Shown here in pieces: positions 29,137-38,332 of a DNA stretch of 64,000 nucleotides. Position 1 is the first letter of the stretch. Every line of letters starts with the position of its first letter. The position numbers and the translations under genes are program-made. This DNA is from Oscillospiraceae bacterium (GTDB lineage Bacteria; Bacillota; Clostridia; Oscillospirales; Oscillospiraceae): the NCBI GenBank assembly GCA_017440925.1, contig JAFSAP010000019.1:23502-87501 (forward strand). The letters are read 5' to 3'. The notes under the pieces are model-generated. The model made no database searches. It had not been told where the DNA came from and was given only the letters and a program-made list of their open reading frames with translations.

Positions 29137-29286
29137 ATGTGCCGGAAAAAACAGATGCAGGGCTTCTGCTGCCTGTGTTTTGGATTGGGTATGATGATGG
29201 GCAGCTATCTTGAGTCCTGGTTTTTCTGCAGTGTGGGAGGTCTTGCACTGATCTTTTTTGGAATGATGCTGGCGAAGAAAAAATAA
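29137..29286 (+). CDS. Small two-TM Cys-rich membrane protein (49 aa), possibly sporulation-specific
   Basis: MCRKKQMQGFCCLCFGLGMMMG...GGLALIFFGMMLAKKK; RBS gggggtg. Confidence 0.6.
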   Translation: MCRKKQMQGFCCLCFGLGMMMGSYLESWFFCSVGGLALIFFGMMLAKKK

Positions 29287-29289
29287 ATG

Positions 29290-29318
29290 GCATACCCTTG
29301 TCCTCCCGGGAATATACT
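29290..29318 (+). promoter_or_regulatory. sigmaE-type promoter
   Basis: GCATACC-14 bp-AATATACT upstream of SPOCS-LysM gene. Confidence 0.55.
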
Positions 29319-29350
29319 GTAGCAAATCTGTGACCAAAGGAGTGGTGCAA

Positions 29351-30850
29351 GTGGCGTTTCATTTTCAAAAAACCTCCTGTTCCTGCCTTGCAAAGGTATT
29401 GGAGCAAGTGCAGAATATGGAGCAGACCCATGAGATCCGAATCCCATCCGGTATGCCTGGAATTGCGCGGGTGGTAAGCGCCTGGGGACAGCCTGTTATG
29501 CGGAGCAAGGAGTGGCACGGCAGCAGCATATCCCTTTCTGCCGGAATGCTTGTCTGGGTGCTGTACATTTCTGAAGAGGGTGACAAACCACAATGTGTCA
29601 ATGCCTGGATCCCGTTTCAGATCCACTGGGATCTGCCGGAACTCTGTCCGGATGGTAAGGTACGGATACTCTGTATTCCGCGGTATGTGGATGCCCGGTC
29701 TGTATCCGCCGGAAAAATTCTGGTTCGTGCAGGAGTAGCTGCCCTGGCAGAGGCCTGGTGTGGTCAGGAAAAAGAAATATATTCTCCGCAGGATGTGCCG
29801 GAAGGCGTGGAACTGCTTCAATCTGTCTATCCTCTGCGGCTTCCAAAGGAGGCGGGGGAGAAGCAATTCGTGCTGGAAGAAGAACTGTCCTTGCCGGCTT
29901 CTGCTCCGGTTCCTGAAAAGATGGTCTACTACCGGCTGGAGCCATCGGTATATGATCAGAAAGTAATGGCGAACAAAGTGGTGTTCCGGGGGAATGGAAA
30001 TCTCCATGTGCTTTATGAATCCGGAGAGGGTCAGCTTCATACCTGGGATTTTGAACTGCCCTGGTCCCAGTTTGCAGATCTGGAAGCAAGCTATTCCCAG
30101 GAGGCGCAGGCGGATGTCCGGCTCATGCCGACCAATGTGGAATTGGATACAGATGAAACCGGAAAATTTCATCTGAAGTGTAGTCTCGTTGCTCAATATC
30201 TGGTGGATGACCGGGAAATGGTGGAACTGACCGGGGATGCCTACAGCCCGGGCAGAGAACTGACACTCCAGCAGGAACAGTTGGAACTTCCTTCTGTGCT
30301 GGACAACCGCCGGGAATTGCTCACCGTGGAGCAGACCATCCCCGGTGATTCAGACCTGGTGGTGGATACTGTGCTGCTGCCTGATTTCCCGCAGCAGTAC
30401 CGGACAGAGGATGCTGTCCGGCTGACCATGCCGGGAATGCTGCAGCTTCTGTACTACAGGGTGGATGGCTCTGTGCAAAGCGCTACCAGCCGGTGGGAAG
30501 GGACACTGACCATCCCAGCCGATGAATCCGGGAAAATGATGGCGCTTCCACAGATGGCAGCAGAGGTACATGCCCATGCCGGAGCCGATGCAATTACGGT
30601 GCAGGGGGAAGTGCCGGTTCAGCTTCAGTTTTCTGGCGGTACAGGGCTGCCCATGGTCACGGGAATAGAGCTGGGTGAAGTGGTTCAGCCGGATCCGGGC
30701 CGTCCATCGTTGGTGATCCGAAGAGCAGAGGACACCTCTCTTTGGCATATTGCAAAAAAGAGCGGCTCTACAGTGGATTCCATCCGCCGGGCAAACGGCC
30801 TCACAGGAGATGCTCTGCCGGGCCAGATGCTGCTGATTCCGGTGAAGTAA
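29351..30850 (+). CDS. SPOCS (DUF3794) + LysM spore coat morphogenetic protein, SipL-like
   Basis: Repeated beta-rich domains (NKVVFRG...VLY...PWSQF), C-terminal LysM SLWHIAKK.GSTVDSIRRAN...LLIP; GTG start after aaggag. Confidence 0.8.
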   Translation: MAFHFQKTSCSCLAKVLEQVQNMEQTHEIRIPSGMPGIARVVSAWGQPVMRSKEWHGSSISLSAGMLVWVLYISEEGDKPQCVNAWIPFQIHWDLPELCPDGKVRILCIPRYVDARSVSAGKILVRAGVAALAEAWCGQEKEIYSPQDVPEGVELLQSVYPLRLPKEAGEKQFVLEEELSLPASAPVPEKMVYYRLEPSVYDQKVMANKVVFRGNGNLHVLYESGEGQLHTWDFELPWSQFADLEASYSQEAQADVRLMPTNVELDTDETGKFHLKCSLVAQYLVDDREMVELTGDAYSPGRELTLQQEQLELPSVLDNRRELLTVEQTIPGDSDLVVDTVLLPDFPQQYRTEDAVRLTMPGMLQLLYYRVDGSVQSATSRWEGTLTIPADESGKMMALPQMAAEVHAHAGADAITVQGEVPVQLQFSGGTGLPMVTGIELGEVVQPDPGRPSLVIRRAEDTSLWHIAKKSGSTVDSIRRANGLTGDALPGQMLLIPVK

Positions 30851-30853
30851 TAA

Positions 30854-30927
30854 CAAAAGCGCCGCTGACGGGGGAGAGCCGCAGCGGCGCTTTGACAGGT
30901 ATGTCGCATAGGGGGCTCGACCTGCCT
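30854..30927 (-). ncRNA. Candidate sRNA with two C-rich-loop hairpins
   Basis: Minus strand: gtcg-agccccctatg-cgac and aaagcgccgctgcgg-ctctcc-ccgtcagcggcgctttt; upstream TACACT -10 and TGTCGAA box. Confidence 0.45.
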
Positions 30928-31062
30928 GCATCCAGTGTATCGGATACCGGAGGTAATATACAATCGAAGAATGTCGAAGAAAAGCAGAAAATTTCCTTGC
31001 TTCTGATGATTTTGAGTGGTATACTATTGGGTAGACAATTATTACTTTAGAAGGTGTTTACT

Positions 31063-32310
31063 ATGAAAATCGACATTTATTCTGGTTTCCTGGGTGCGGG
31101 CAAAACCACACTTATCAAAAAAATGATCCAGGAAGCCTACAAGGGCCAGAAACTGGTGCTTATTGAAAATGAGTTCGGTGAGATCGGCATTGACGGCGGT
31201 TTCCTGCAGGACGCCGGTATTAACATCACCGAGATGAACTCCGGCTGCATCTGCTGTTCTCTGGTGGGCGATTTTGGCAAGGCCCTGACCCAGGTCATTG
31301 AGCAGTATAATCCCGACCGGATCGTGATTGAACCCTCCGGTGTTGGCAAGCTGTCCGATGTCATCGGTGCAGTGAAGAAAGTTACCAATGAAGAGGTGAC
31401 CCTGGGCTATACCGTTGTTGTGGTGGATGCCGGTAAAGTCAAGGTCTATATGAAGAACTTTGGTGAGTTCTATAACAACCAGATCGAAACTGCTTCCACC
31501 ATCATTCTCTCCCGTACTGATTCTGTTCCTCAGGCAAAGCTGGATGCTGCTGTGGAACTGCTGAGAGAGCATAACGATAAGGCCACCATCATCACGACTC
31601 CCTGGGGCCAGCTTACCGGTGAGCAGCTTACTTCTGCTATGGAAGGCCAGGCAACCCTGGCGGCTGAACTGGCAAGGATGGAGGAAGAACACAAGCATCA
31701 CCACCACCATCATGAGCATGGAGAGCACTGCTGCTGTGGCCACCACCACGAACATGAGCATGAGGAGCATCATTGCTGTGGACATGACGACGATCATGAC
31801 CACCATCATGACCACCATCATGGACATGACGAGCATTGCGGTTGCGGTCATCATCATGACCATGAGCATGGTGAACATTGTGGCTGTGACCATCATCACG
31901 AACATGACCATGACCATCATCATGAGCATGATGCACATTGCGGCTGCGGCCACCACCATGACCACGAGCATCATCATGAGCACGGTGAGCATTGTTCCTG
32001 CGGCTGCGGCGGCCATCACCATCATGACCATCATGCTGATGAGGTATTCACCTCCTGGGGTGTGGAAACAGCCAAGAAGTTCGACAAGGCTGCTGTTGAG
32101 ACTGCACTGAAGGCGCTGGATACCGGAAAGTATGGTATGGTGCTCCGGGCAAAGGGCATTGTCCCCGCTGCGGACGGTACCTGGATCCACTTCGACTATG
32201 TTCCCGAGGAATACAATGTCCGTCTGGGCGGCGCCGATATCACCGGCAAACTCTGTGTCATCGGTTCCAAGCTGGATGAAGCCGGCATTGCTGCCCTGTT
32301 TGGAGTGTAA
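31063..32310 (+). CDS. COG0523/CobW-family G3E GTPase metallochaperone with His/Cys-rich insert
   Basis: GFLGAGKTT, ENEFGE, GCICC, EPSG, LRAKG; about 115-aa His-rich linker. Confidence 0.92.
   Translation: MKIDIYSGFLGAGKTTLIKKMIQEAYKGQKLVLIENEFGEIGIDGGFLQDAGINITEMNSGCICCSLVGDFGKALTQVIEQYNPDRIVIEPSGVGKLSDVIGAVKKVTNEEVTLGYTVVVVDAGKVKVYMKNFGEFYNNQIETASTIILSRTDSVPQAKLDAAVELLREHNDKATIITTPWGQLTGEQLTSAMEGQATLAAELARMEEEHKHHHHHHEHGEHCCCGHHHEHEHEEHHCCGHDDDHDHHHDHHHGHDEHCGCGHHHDHEHGEHCGCDHHHEHDHDHHHEHDAHCGCGHHHDHEHHHEHGEHCSCGCGGHHHHDHHADEVFTSWGVETAKKFDKAAVETALKALDTGKYGMVLRAKGIVPAADGTWIHFDYVPEEYNVRLGGADITGKLCVIGSKLDEAGIAALFGV
31690..32040 (+). repeat. Low-complexity His-rich coding repeat with six CxC/CC units
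   Basis: Repeated HEHGEHCxCGHHH-like units. Confidence 0.85.
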
Positions 32311-32313
32311 GCC

Positions 32314-33258
32314 ATGCAGCAGATTCCCGTATACGCCTTTACCGGCTTCCTGGATTCCGGTAAGACCAAGTTCATCCAGGAGACCCTGGAGGATACCCGT
32401 TTCAATGATGGCGAGCGCACTTTGCTGCTGGTCTTTGAAGAGGGTGAGGAGGAATACGATTTTTCCACCTATCCTGCGAAAAATGTCTGGCTGGAGGTGC
32501 TGGACCAGCAGACCGTCACCACCAAACAGCTGTCTGCCCTGCAGAAAAAATACCGTGCCGAGCGCGTTGTCATGGAACTCAACGGCATGCAGCAGGTAGG
32601 CGATCTCTATATGCGCTTTCCTGAAGAGTGGGTGGTTGCCCAGGAAGTCATGTTTGCCGATTCCACCACCATCATGGCGTTCAATGCCAATATGCGCTCC
32701 CTTGTCATGGACAAGTTGGTAGGCGCCCAGATGGTGGTGTTCAACCGGGTCACACCCGGTGCAGATACCATGCCGCTGCATAAACTGGCCAGGGCTGCCA
32801 ACCGACGCATCGACATTCTCTATGATTTCACCGATGGAACCACCGCCTTTGATGATGTGGAGGATCCTCTGCCCTTTGATATCAACTCCGATGTGATCTG
32901 CATTGCAGACCAGGACTATGCCCTGTGGTACCGGGATGTCACCGAAGAACCCCAGAAGTATGAGGGAAAGACTGTCTGCTTCAAGGCTCAGGTGGCTATG
33001 CTCCGCCGCCAGAAGGAGGGCATGTTCGCCCCTGGACGGTTCGTTATGACCTGCTGTGTGGATGATATCGAATTCTGTGGCATTCCCTGCCGGTATGCCG
33101 ATTCCAGAACTTTGGATTCCCGGAGCTGGGTCATGGTTACAGCAAAGGTCAATGCAGAAAAACACCCCCTCTATAAGGGTGAAACCGGCCCTGTGCTCAC
33201 CGCCATCCGGGTGGAGAAAGGCGCAGAGCCTGCTGATCCCGATGTTGCAACTTTCTGA
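32314..33258 (+). CDS. Degenerate CobW-like GTPase with C-terminal TIGR03943/DUF1980-like domain
   Basis: TGFLDSGKT, EEGEEEY, ELNGM, GRFVMTCCVDDI. Confidence 0.8.
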   Translation: MQQIPVYAFTGFLDSGKTKFIQETLEDTRFNDGERTLLLVFEEGEEEYDFSTYPAKNVWLEVLDQQTVTTKQLSALQKKYRAERVVMELNGMQQVGDLYMRFPEEWVVAQEVMFADSTTIMAFNANMRSLVMDKLVGAQMVVFNRVTPGADTMPLHKLARAANRRIDILYDFTDGTTAFDDVEDPLPFDINSDVICIADQDYALWYRDVTEEPQKYEGKTVCFKAQVAMLRRQKEGMFAPGRFVMTCCVDDIEFCGIPCRYADSRTLDSRSWVMVTAKVNAEKHPLYKGETGPVLTAIRVEKGAEPADPDVATF

Positions 33259-33259
33259 T

Positions 33260-33288
33260 AAAAATGCTGCCACCCGGCAGCATTTTTT
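33260..33288 (+). terminator. Terminator
   Basis: aaaaatgctgcc-accc-ggcagcattttt. Confidence 0.8.
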
Positions 33289-33298
33289 CTTTTGCTTA

Positions 33299-33353
33299 TT
33301 GACAATATCGAATATCGATAATATAATAAAACTGGAAATATCGATATTCGAGA
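33299..33353 (+). promoter_or_regulatory. sigmaA promoter with two TATCG-N5-CGATA operators (PadR autoregulation)
   Basis: TTGACA-17-TATAAT; tatcgaatatcgata (33306-33320) and tatcgatattcgaga (33339-33353). Confidence 0.7.
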
Positions 33354-33367
33354 ATAGGGGGATTGTC

Positions 33368-33688
33368 ATGCCAAGAGCAAAGTTTCAAACGCTGACGGAG
33401 CAGATGTTTTACATTCTGCTGTGCCTGAAGGAAGAGTGCTGCGGTATGGATATTATGGACAGAGTGCCTGCCATGACGGATGGCCGGGTCAATGTGGGTT
33501 CCGGTACACTTTACAACCTCCTGGAACAGTTTCAGGAGGCAGGCATGATCCGGCTGACAAAAGCTGAAGGCCGTCGCCGCAGCTATGTTCTCACAGATAG
33601 AGGCAGAGAAACACTGGCAGGGGAGTATCGACGGATCAGATGTCAGATGGCAGACTATTGCACCATTTTCGGAGAGGAGGAAGCATGA
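33368..33688 (+). CDS. PadR-family transcriptional regulator
   Basis: LTEQMFYILL.L, GSGTLY, RR.Y.LT..GR..L. Confidence 0.9.
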   Translation: MPRAKFQTLTEQMFYILLCLKEECCGMDIMDRVPAMTDGRVNVGSGTLYNLLEQFQEAGMIRLTKAEGRRRSYVLTDRGRETLAGEYRRIRCQMADYCTIFGEEEA

Positions 33689-35076
33689 TGAGAAAGTACA
33701 AGTATCTTATGGCGCAGTTTACATTTTATGACCGCACAGGAATCTGTAAATTGCTGGAAGAGCAGGCGGAAAAGGGATGGCTCCTGGATAAAGTAACGAA
33801 CTATGCCTGGCGGCTGCGCCGGACGGAACCCCGAAAGATCCATTATGCTGTCACGTATTTTCCGAAGGCATCCGCCTATGATCCCGGCCCTTCTGAGCAG
33901 CAGCGGGAGCTTTACGAATTCTGTGCCCATTCCGGCTGGATCCTGGCAGGAACCACTGCCCAGTTGCAGGTATTTTATAACACCGAAGAAGATCCCGTTC
34001 CGATTGAGACGGATCCGTTGTTGGAACTGGAAAATATCCACCGCAGCGCAAAGAAAAATTATCTCCCGGCTTATTTCATGCTGTTGGTACTGGCTCTGTT
34101 TCAGATTGCCATGCAGATCAGCCAGCTGATGATCTCTCCGCTGACGTATCTCAGCGCGGAAACGACCCTGTTCAACTGGTTATGCCAGGGCGCGCTTTTG
34201 CTGATGTGCAGCATAGAATTGGTCGGCTACTTTTCCTGGTATTTTAAGGCAAAGAAAGCAGCAGAAAATGGGGAATTTGTGCAGACCCGGGGATTCCGGA
34301 AAATGGAACTTTTCCTTCTGTTTCTGGTGGTTGCGGCCCTTATCTGGCTGCTCTGCTCCATGAAACCCAGAATGGCAGTGGTAATGGGCATTACGCTGGT
34401 GCTACTGTTTGCAGTTATCCTTTCCGTCACAGGCCTTCAGACATGGATGAAGCGAAAGGGTGTTTCTACCGGAACCAACCGCATTGTCACCTGGGTCCTG
34501 ACATTTGCTTTGACGATTGCGATCGTTGCTCTGATCTTTCCGGTGACGAATGCCATCATGCATCTTCCTGTTTGGAAAGAAACCAGACAGGTGCGGCGGT
34601 TTGAATGGAATGGTCATTCCTTTGATATCTACAAGGATAACATCCCCCTCCGGGTGGAGGATTTGACAGAGGCAACCTCTCCGGATTATTCCTATGAAGC
34701 CCATGAGCAGAGCTCTCCCTTTCTGAAAAAAGGGGATTACAGCCAGCGCATCTGGTTCAGCAACGAACTTCCGGAGATGTCCTATATTGTCTATACCACA
34801 AAGATTCCTGCCATTTATGACCTGTGTGTCCGGGAAGCCACAAGTCCATCAGATTATCCAGCAGGAGAAGACGAACAGGGAAATCTTTTTTATGATACCT
34901 ATGAATTGCAGGACGCAGCACCCTGGAAAGCAGGGAAAGCATACCGCCGTTATGCAGGCAAGGAGCCCTATGATCACTATGTACTCTGCTATGAAAACTC
35001 TGTTGTGATCCTGAAACCTAGCTGGGGACTGACGGCAGAACAGATGGAGATCATCGGAGCGGTCTTTGATCAATAA
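33685..35076 (+). CDS. DUF2812-like membrane protein
   Basis: LEEQAEKGWLL, ..SGW.....LQVF, PIETDP, several TMs; ATGA coupling to PadR. Confidence 0.75.
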   Translation: MMRKYKYLMAQFTFYDRTGICKLLEEQAEKGWLLDKVTNYAWRLRRTEPRKIHYAVTYFPKASAYDPGPSEQQRELYEFCAHSGWILAGTTAQLQVFYNTEEDPVPIETDPLLELENIHRSAKKNYLPAYFMLLVLALFQIAMQISQLMISPLTYLSAETTLFNWLCQGALLLMCSIELVGYFSWYFKAKKAAENGEFVQTRGFRKMELFLLFLVVAALIWLLCSMKPRMAVVMGITLVLLFAVILSVTGLQTWMKRKGVSTGTNRIVTWVLTFALTIAIVALIFPVTNAIMHLPVWKETRQVRRFEWNGHSFDIYKDNIPLRVEDLTEATSPDYSYEAHEQSSPFLKKGDYSQRIWFSNELPEMSYIVYTTKIPAIYDLCVREATSPSDYPAGEDEQGNLFYDTYELQDAAPWKAGKAYRRYAGKEPYDHYVLCYENSVVILKPSWGLTAEQMEIIGAVFDQ

Positions 35077-35078
35077 AA

Positions 35079-35092
35079 CGAACATAAATTCG
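35079..35092. promoter_or_regulatory. Putative LexA (Gram-positive SOS) box upstream of rarA
   Basis: CGAAC-ataa-ATTCG, one mismatch to CGAAC-N4-GTTCG. Confidence 0.55.
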
Positions 35093-35157
35093 AAAAATAA
35101 TTGATGCAATTTTTTCTCACATGTGTTATACTGGTTAAAACGAAAGGAGGGCTGCCT

Positions 35158-36417
35158 ATGTATCAGCCTTTGGCCGATCTTCTGCGGCCCACCACCTTGG
35201 ACGAAGTATATGGACAGGAGCATATCCTGGGTAATGGTGCGGTTCTGCGCCGCCTCATAGATTCCGGCAATATTCCCAACATGGTGTTTTACGGCCCCAG
35301 CGGCACCGGTAAGACCACGGTTGCCAACATCATTGCCAAACAAACCAACCGGACGCTGTATAAGCTGAATGCCACCACGGCATCTACCTCGGATATCAAA
35401 GAGATCGTTTCCCAGTTGGATACCTTCCTTGCACCCAACGGTGTTCTCCTTTATTTGGATGAGATTCAGTCTTTCAATAAGAAACAGCAGCAGTCTCTGC
35501 TGGAGCACATCGAAAATGGCAAGATTACCCTGATTGCCTCCACCACGGAAAACCCCTATTTCTATGTGTTTAATGCTATCCTCAGCCGCTCCACAGTTTT
35601 TGAATTCAAGCAGATTGATGCACCGGCAGCGCTGAAAGCAGTGCACCGGGCTGTCTCCTTCATGGAGGAAAGAACAGCTCTGACGGCAAAAGCAGAAGAT
35701 GGCGCGCTGGAATATATTGCAGCTGCCTGCGGCGGTGATTTACGCAAAGCCATGAATGCGGTGGAGGTTCTCTTCTCTGCGGCCCAGCCCCAGAACGGAG
35801 AACTGCTGCTGACCATGGCGGATGTAAAGGCTGTCACTCAGAAAAGCGCACTCCGGGCGGACCGGGACGGTGACAGCCACTATGATCTTTTGTCAGCACT
35901 ACAGAAATCTATCCGGGGTTCTGACCCGGATGCCGCATGCCATTACCTTGCCCGCCTGCTGGAAGCAGGGCAGATGCCCTCTGCCTGCCGCCGTCTGATG
36001 GTCATCGCAGCGGAGGATGTGGGACTTGCCTATCCCCAGATCATTCCCATTGTCCATGCCTGTGTGGAAATGGCTCTGAAGCTGGGTATGCCGGAAGCCC
36101 GGATCCCTCTGGGGGATGCGGCCGTGCTGATGGCGACCTCGCCCAAATCCAATTCTGCCCATATTGCTTTTGATATGGCCTGGAAGGATGTAAAGCGTGG
36201 CAAGACCGGAGATTTTCCCCGGCATCTGCAGAATGTCCACGCTGATTCCTACACCATGGAGCGGGAACAGGGGTATCTTTATCCCCATGATTTCCCGAAC
36301 CACTGGGTGCGGCAGCAGTATCTGCCTGATGCACTGGTGGGCACCACCTATTATGAATATGGCCCCAACAAACTGGAACAGGCAGCCAAACAGTACTGGG
36401 ATGCCATCAAGAAATGA
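35158..36417 (+). CDS. rarA: Replication-associated recombination protein RarA/MgsA
   Basis: PLADLLRP, YGPSGTGKT, STTENP, KSIRGSDPDA, YLYPHDF. Confidence 0.95.
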   Translation: MYQPLADLLRPTTLDEVYGQEHILGNGAVLRRLIDSGNIPNMVFYGPSGTGKTTVANIIAKQTNRTLYKLNATTASTSDIKEIVSQLDTFLAPNGVLLYLDEIQSFNKKQQQSLLEHIENGKITLIASTTENPYFYVFNAILSRSTVFEFKQIDAPAALKAVHRAVSFMEERTALTAKAEDGALEYIAAACGGDLRKAMNAVEVLFSAAQPQNGELLLTMADVKAVTQKSALRADRDGDSHYDLLSALQKSIRGSDPDAACHYLARLLEAGQMPSACRRLMVIAAEDVGLAYPQIIPIVHACVEMALKLGMPEARIPLGDAAVLMATSPKSNSAHIAFDMAWKDVKRGKTGDFPRHLQNVHADSYTMEREQGYLYPHDFPNHWVRQQYLPDALVGTTYYEYGPNKLEQAAKQYWDAIKK

Positions 36418-36426
36418 GGAAATACA

Positions 36427-36618
36427 ATGGATATCCGTTTAAATGATGTTCTTGTGATGAAAAAGCCCCATCCCTGCGGGGAAAAACGGTGGCTGGTGCT
36501 GCGCACCGGCGCAGACTTCCGGCTTCGCTGCCTGGGCTGCGGTCACGAACTGATGACCCCCCGGCACAAAGCTGAAAAAAATATCCGCGCCGTAGAGCGC
36601 AAAGAACCCTCCGAATAA
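36427..36618 (+). CDS. DUF951 (YyzM-like) protein
   Basis: MKKPHPCG..W..R.GADF...C..CGH. Confidence 0.9.
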   Translation: MDIRLNDVLVMKKPHPCGEKRWLVLRTGADFRLRCLGCGHELMTPRHKAEKNIRAVERKEPSE

Positions 36619-36631
36619 TCGGAGGGTTTTT
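36605..36631 (+). terminator. Terminator
   Basis: aaccctccga-ataa-tcggagggttttt. Confidence 0.8.
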
Positions 36632-36766
36632 CTTTACATGCAATGTCTGCCGCCGAAATGGACTGCGTCCTGGAGGAACTTGCGGCAGAATCCCTTCACC
36701 GATGCGACCGACTTCTTTGCACCGCTGCGGTATACTTGCTTTGCAAAGGGGACAAGGAGGTGCCGA

Positions 36767-37540
36767 TTGGAAGTATACCTGGATCTGGTGGTTTTGCTGA
36801 ACTTTTTGGTGGATTTTCTTTTGCTTTTGGGAACAAACCGGCTGGCGGGTTTTTCGGGAAATGTGGGGCGCAGTGCGTTGGCAGCTGCACTGGGGGCAGT
36901 TTACAGCGGTGCATGTCTGCTGCCCGGATTTCAATTTCTGGGAAATTTGCTTTGGAGGATCGTATGTCTTGGACTGATGGCCGGGATCGCCTTTGGATGG
37001 AATCGGGCAACATTAAGGCGCAGCGGTGTCTTTGTCCTGCTGTCCATGGCACTGGGGGGCATTGCCATGAGTATGGAGCGGCAGGATTATCTGACGCTTG
37101 CGGTTTCCGCGGTTCTTGTTTGGCTTTTGTGCGAAGTTGCTTTTGATGGTGCAGGCCAGCGGGAGTATGTTCCACTGGAGATTCGGTATAAAGACAGGCA
37201 GATAAAACTGCTGGCACTTCGGGATACAGGGAATACCCTCCGGGATCCGGTGACACAGCAGCAGGTGCTTGTGATCTCAATGGAGGCAGCCAGGAGGCTT
37301 ACGGGATTGACCCAGGCACAGCTGGAAGAGCCTCTGCAGACGGTGATGCAGCAGCCAGTACCTGGATTGCGTCTGATACCTTATCATACAGTGGGCCGAT
37401 CCGGAGGTATGCTGCTTGCCATGCGGTTTGAGGATGTGAAGATCGGCTCCCGGCATCAGGCGGCTATTGTGGCTTTCGACACCGGGGGATTGGGAAAAGG
37501 GGAGATCTACCAAGCATTGACAGGAGGGTTCATGGTATGA
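36767..37540 (+). CDS. spoIIGA: Pro-sigmaE processing aspartic peptidase SpoIIGA
   Basis: VYLD....NF..D..LL, DTGN.L.DP, IPY.TVG; TTG start after aaggagg; upstream of sigE. Confidence 0.9.
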   Translation: MEVYLDLVVLLNFLVDFLLLLGTNRLAGFSGNVGRSALAAALGAVYSGACLLPGFQFLGNLLWRIVCLGLMAGIAFGWNRATLRRSGVFVLLSMALGGIAMSMERQDYLTLAVSAVLVWLLCEVAFDGAGQREYVPLEIRYKDRQIKLLALRDTGNTLRDPVTQQQVLVISMEAARRLTGLTQAQLEEPLQTVMQQPVPGLRLIPYHTVGRSGGMLLAMRFEDVKIGSRHQAAIVAFDTGGLGKGEIYQALTGGFMV

Positions 37541-38241
37541 ATTTGTGGCAGAAGCTTCTGGAAAAATTGGGCAGTATCCACGGGGGTATCTATTACATAG
37601 GAGGCAGTGATGTTCTTCCGCCACCATTGAAAGGAGAAGAAGAGCTTCGCACTCTGGAGGCGCTGGAGCAGGGGGACGAAAATGCAAAACAGACATTGGT
37701 GGAGCACAATCTGCGTCTGGTGGTGTACATCGCACGGCGGTTCGAAAATACCGGTATCCACCTGGAGGATATGATTTCCATTGGCACCATCGGCTTGATC
37801 AAGGCCATCAATACTTACCGCCTGGATAAAAAAATCAAGCTGGCTACCTATGCTTCCCGGTGTATTGAAAACGAAATTCTGATGTACATCCGCAAGACAT
37901 CCAATCAAAAGACGGAAGTATCCCTGGACGAGCCAATCAACATGGACTGTGACGGCAATGAGCTTCTGCTGTCGGACATTTTGGGTACAGACGAGGATAT
38001 GATCATGCGGCCATTGGAGGACGATGTGGATCTGCATGTTCTGCGGCAGTCACTGCGGGAACTGCCGGAACGGGAACGGGAGATCATTCTTATGCGATAT
38101 GGCTTGGAGGGAAGAAAGGAACTGACCCAAAAGGAAGTGGCGCAGAAAATGGGGATCTCCCAATCATATATCTCCCGGCTGGAAAAGAGAATCATGCTTC
38201 GGCTTCGTAAGGAATTTCTGCGACAGACAAATTGTGCATAA
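37537..38241 (+). CDS. sigE: Sporulation sigma factor SigE
   Basis: [51 protein letters not shown]. Confidence 0.96.
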   Translation: MNLWQKLLEKLGSIHGGIYYIGGSDVLPPPLKGEEELRTLEALEQGDENAKQTLVEHNLRLVVYIARRFENTGIHLEDMISIGTIGLIKAINTYRLDKKIKLATYASRCIENEILMYIRKTSNQKTEVSLDEPINMDCDGNELLLSDILGTDEDMIMRPLEDDVDLHVLRQSLRELPEREREIILMRYGLEGRKELTQKEVAQKMGISQSYISRLEKRIMLRLRKEFLRQTNCA

Positions 38242-38332
38242 AACACAAAACAACACTTGAATTTTACCAAAAGCTGTGATAGTCTATATGAATAGAATAA
38301 TGCGATGCTATGCGCAGGAACCGAGGATGACC

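Noticed and set aside
38232-38248. ttgtgcataaaacacaa as a Rex operator
   Set aside because: 17 bp rather than the 18-bp TTGTGAA-N4-TTCACAA spacing, and it overlaps the sigE stop; too weak to call.
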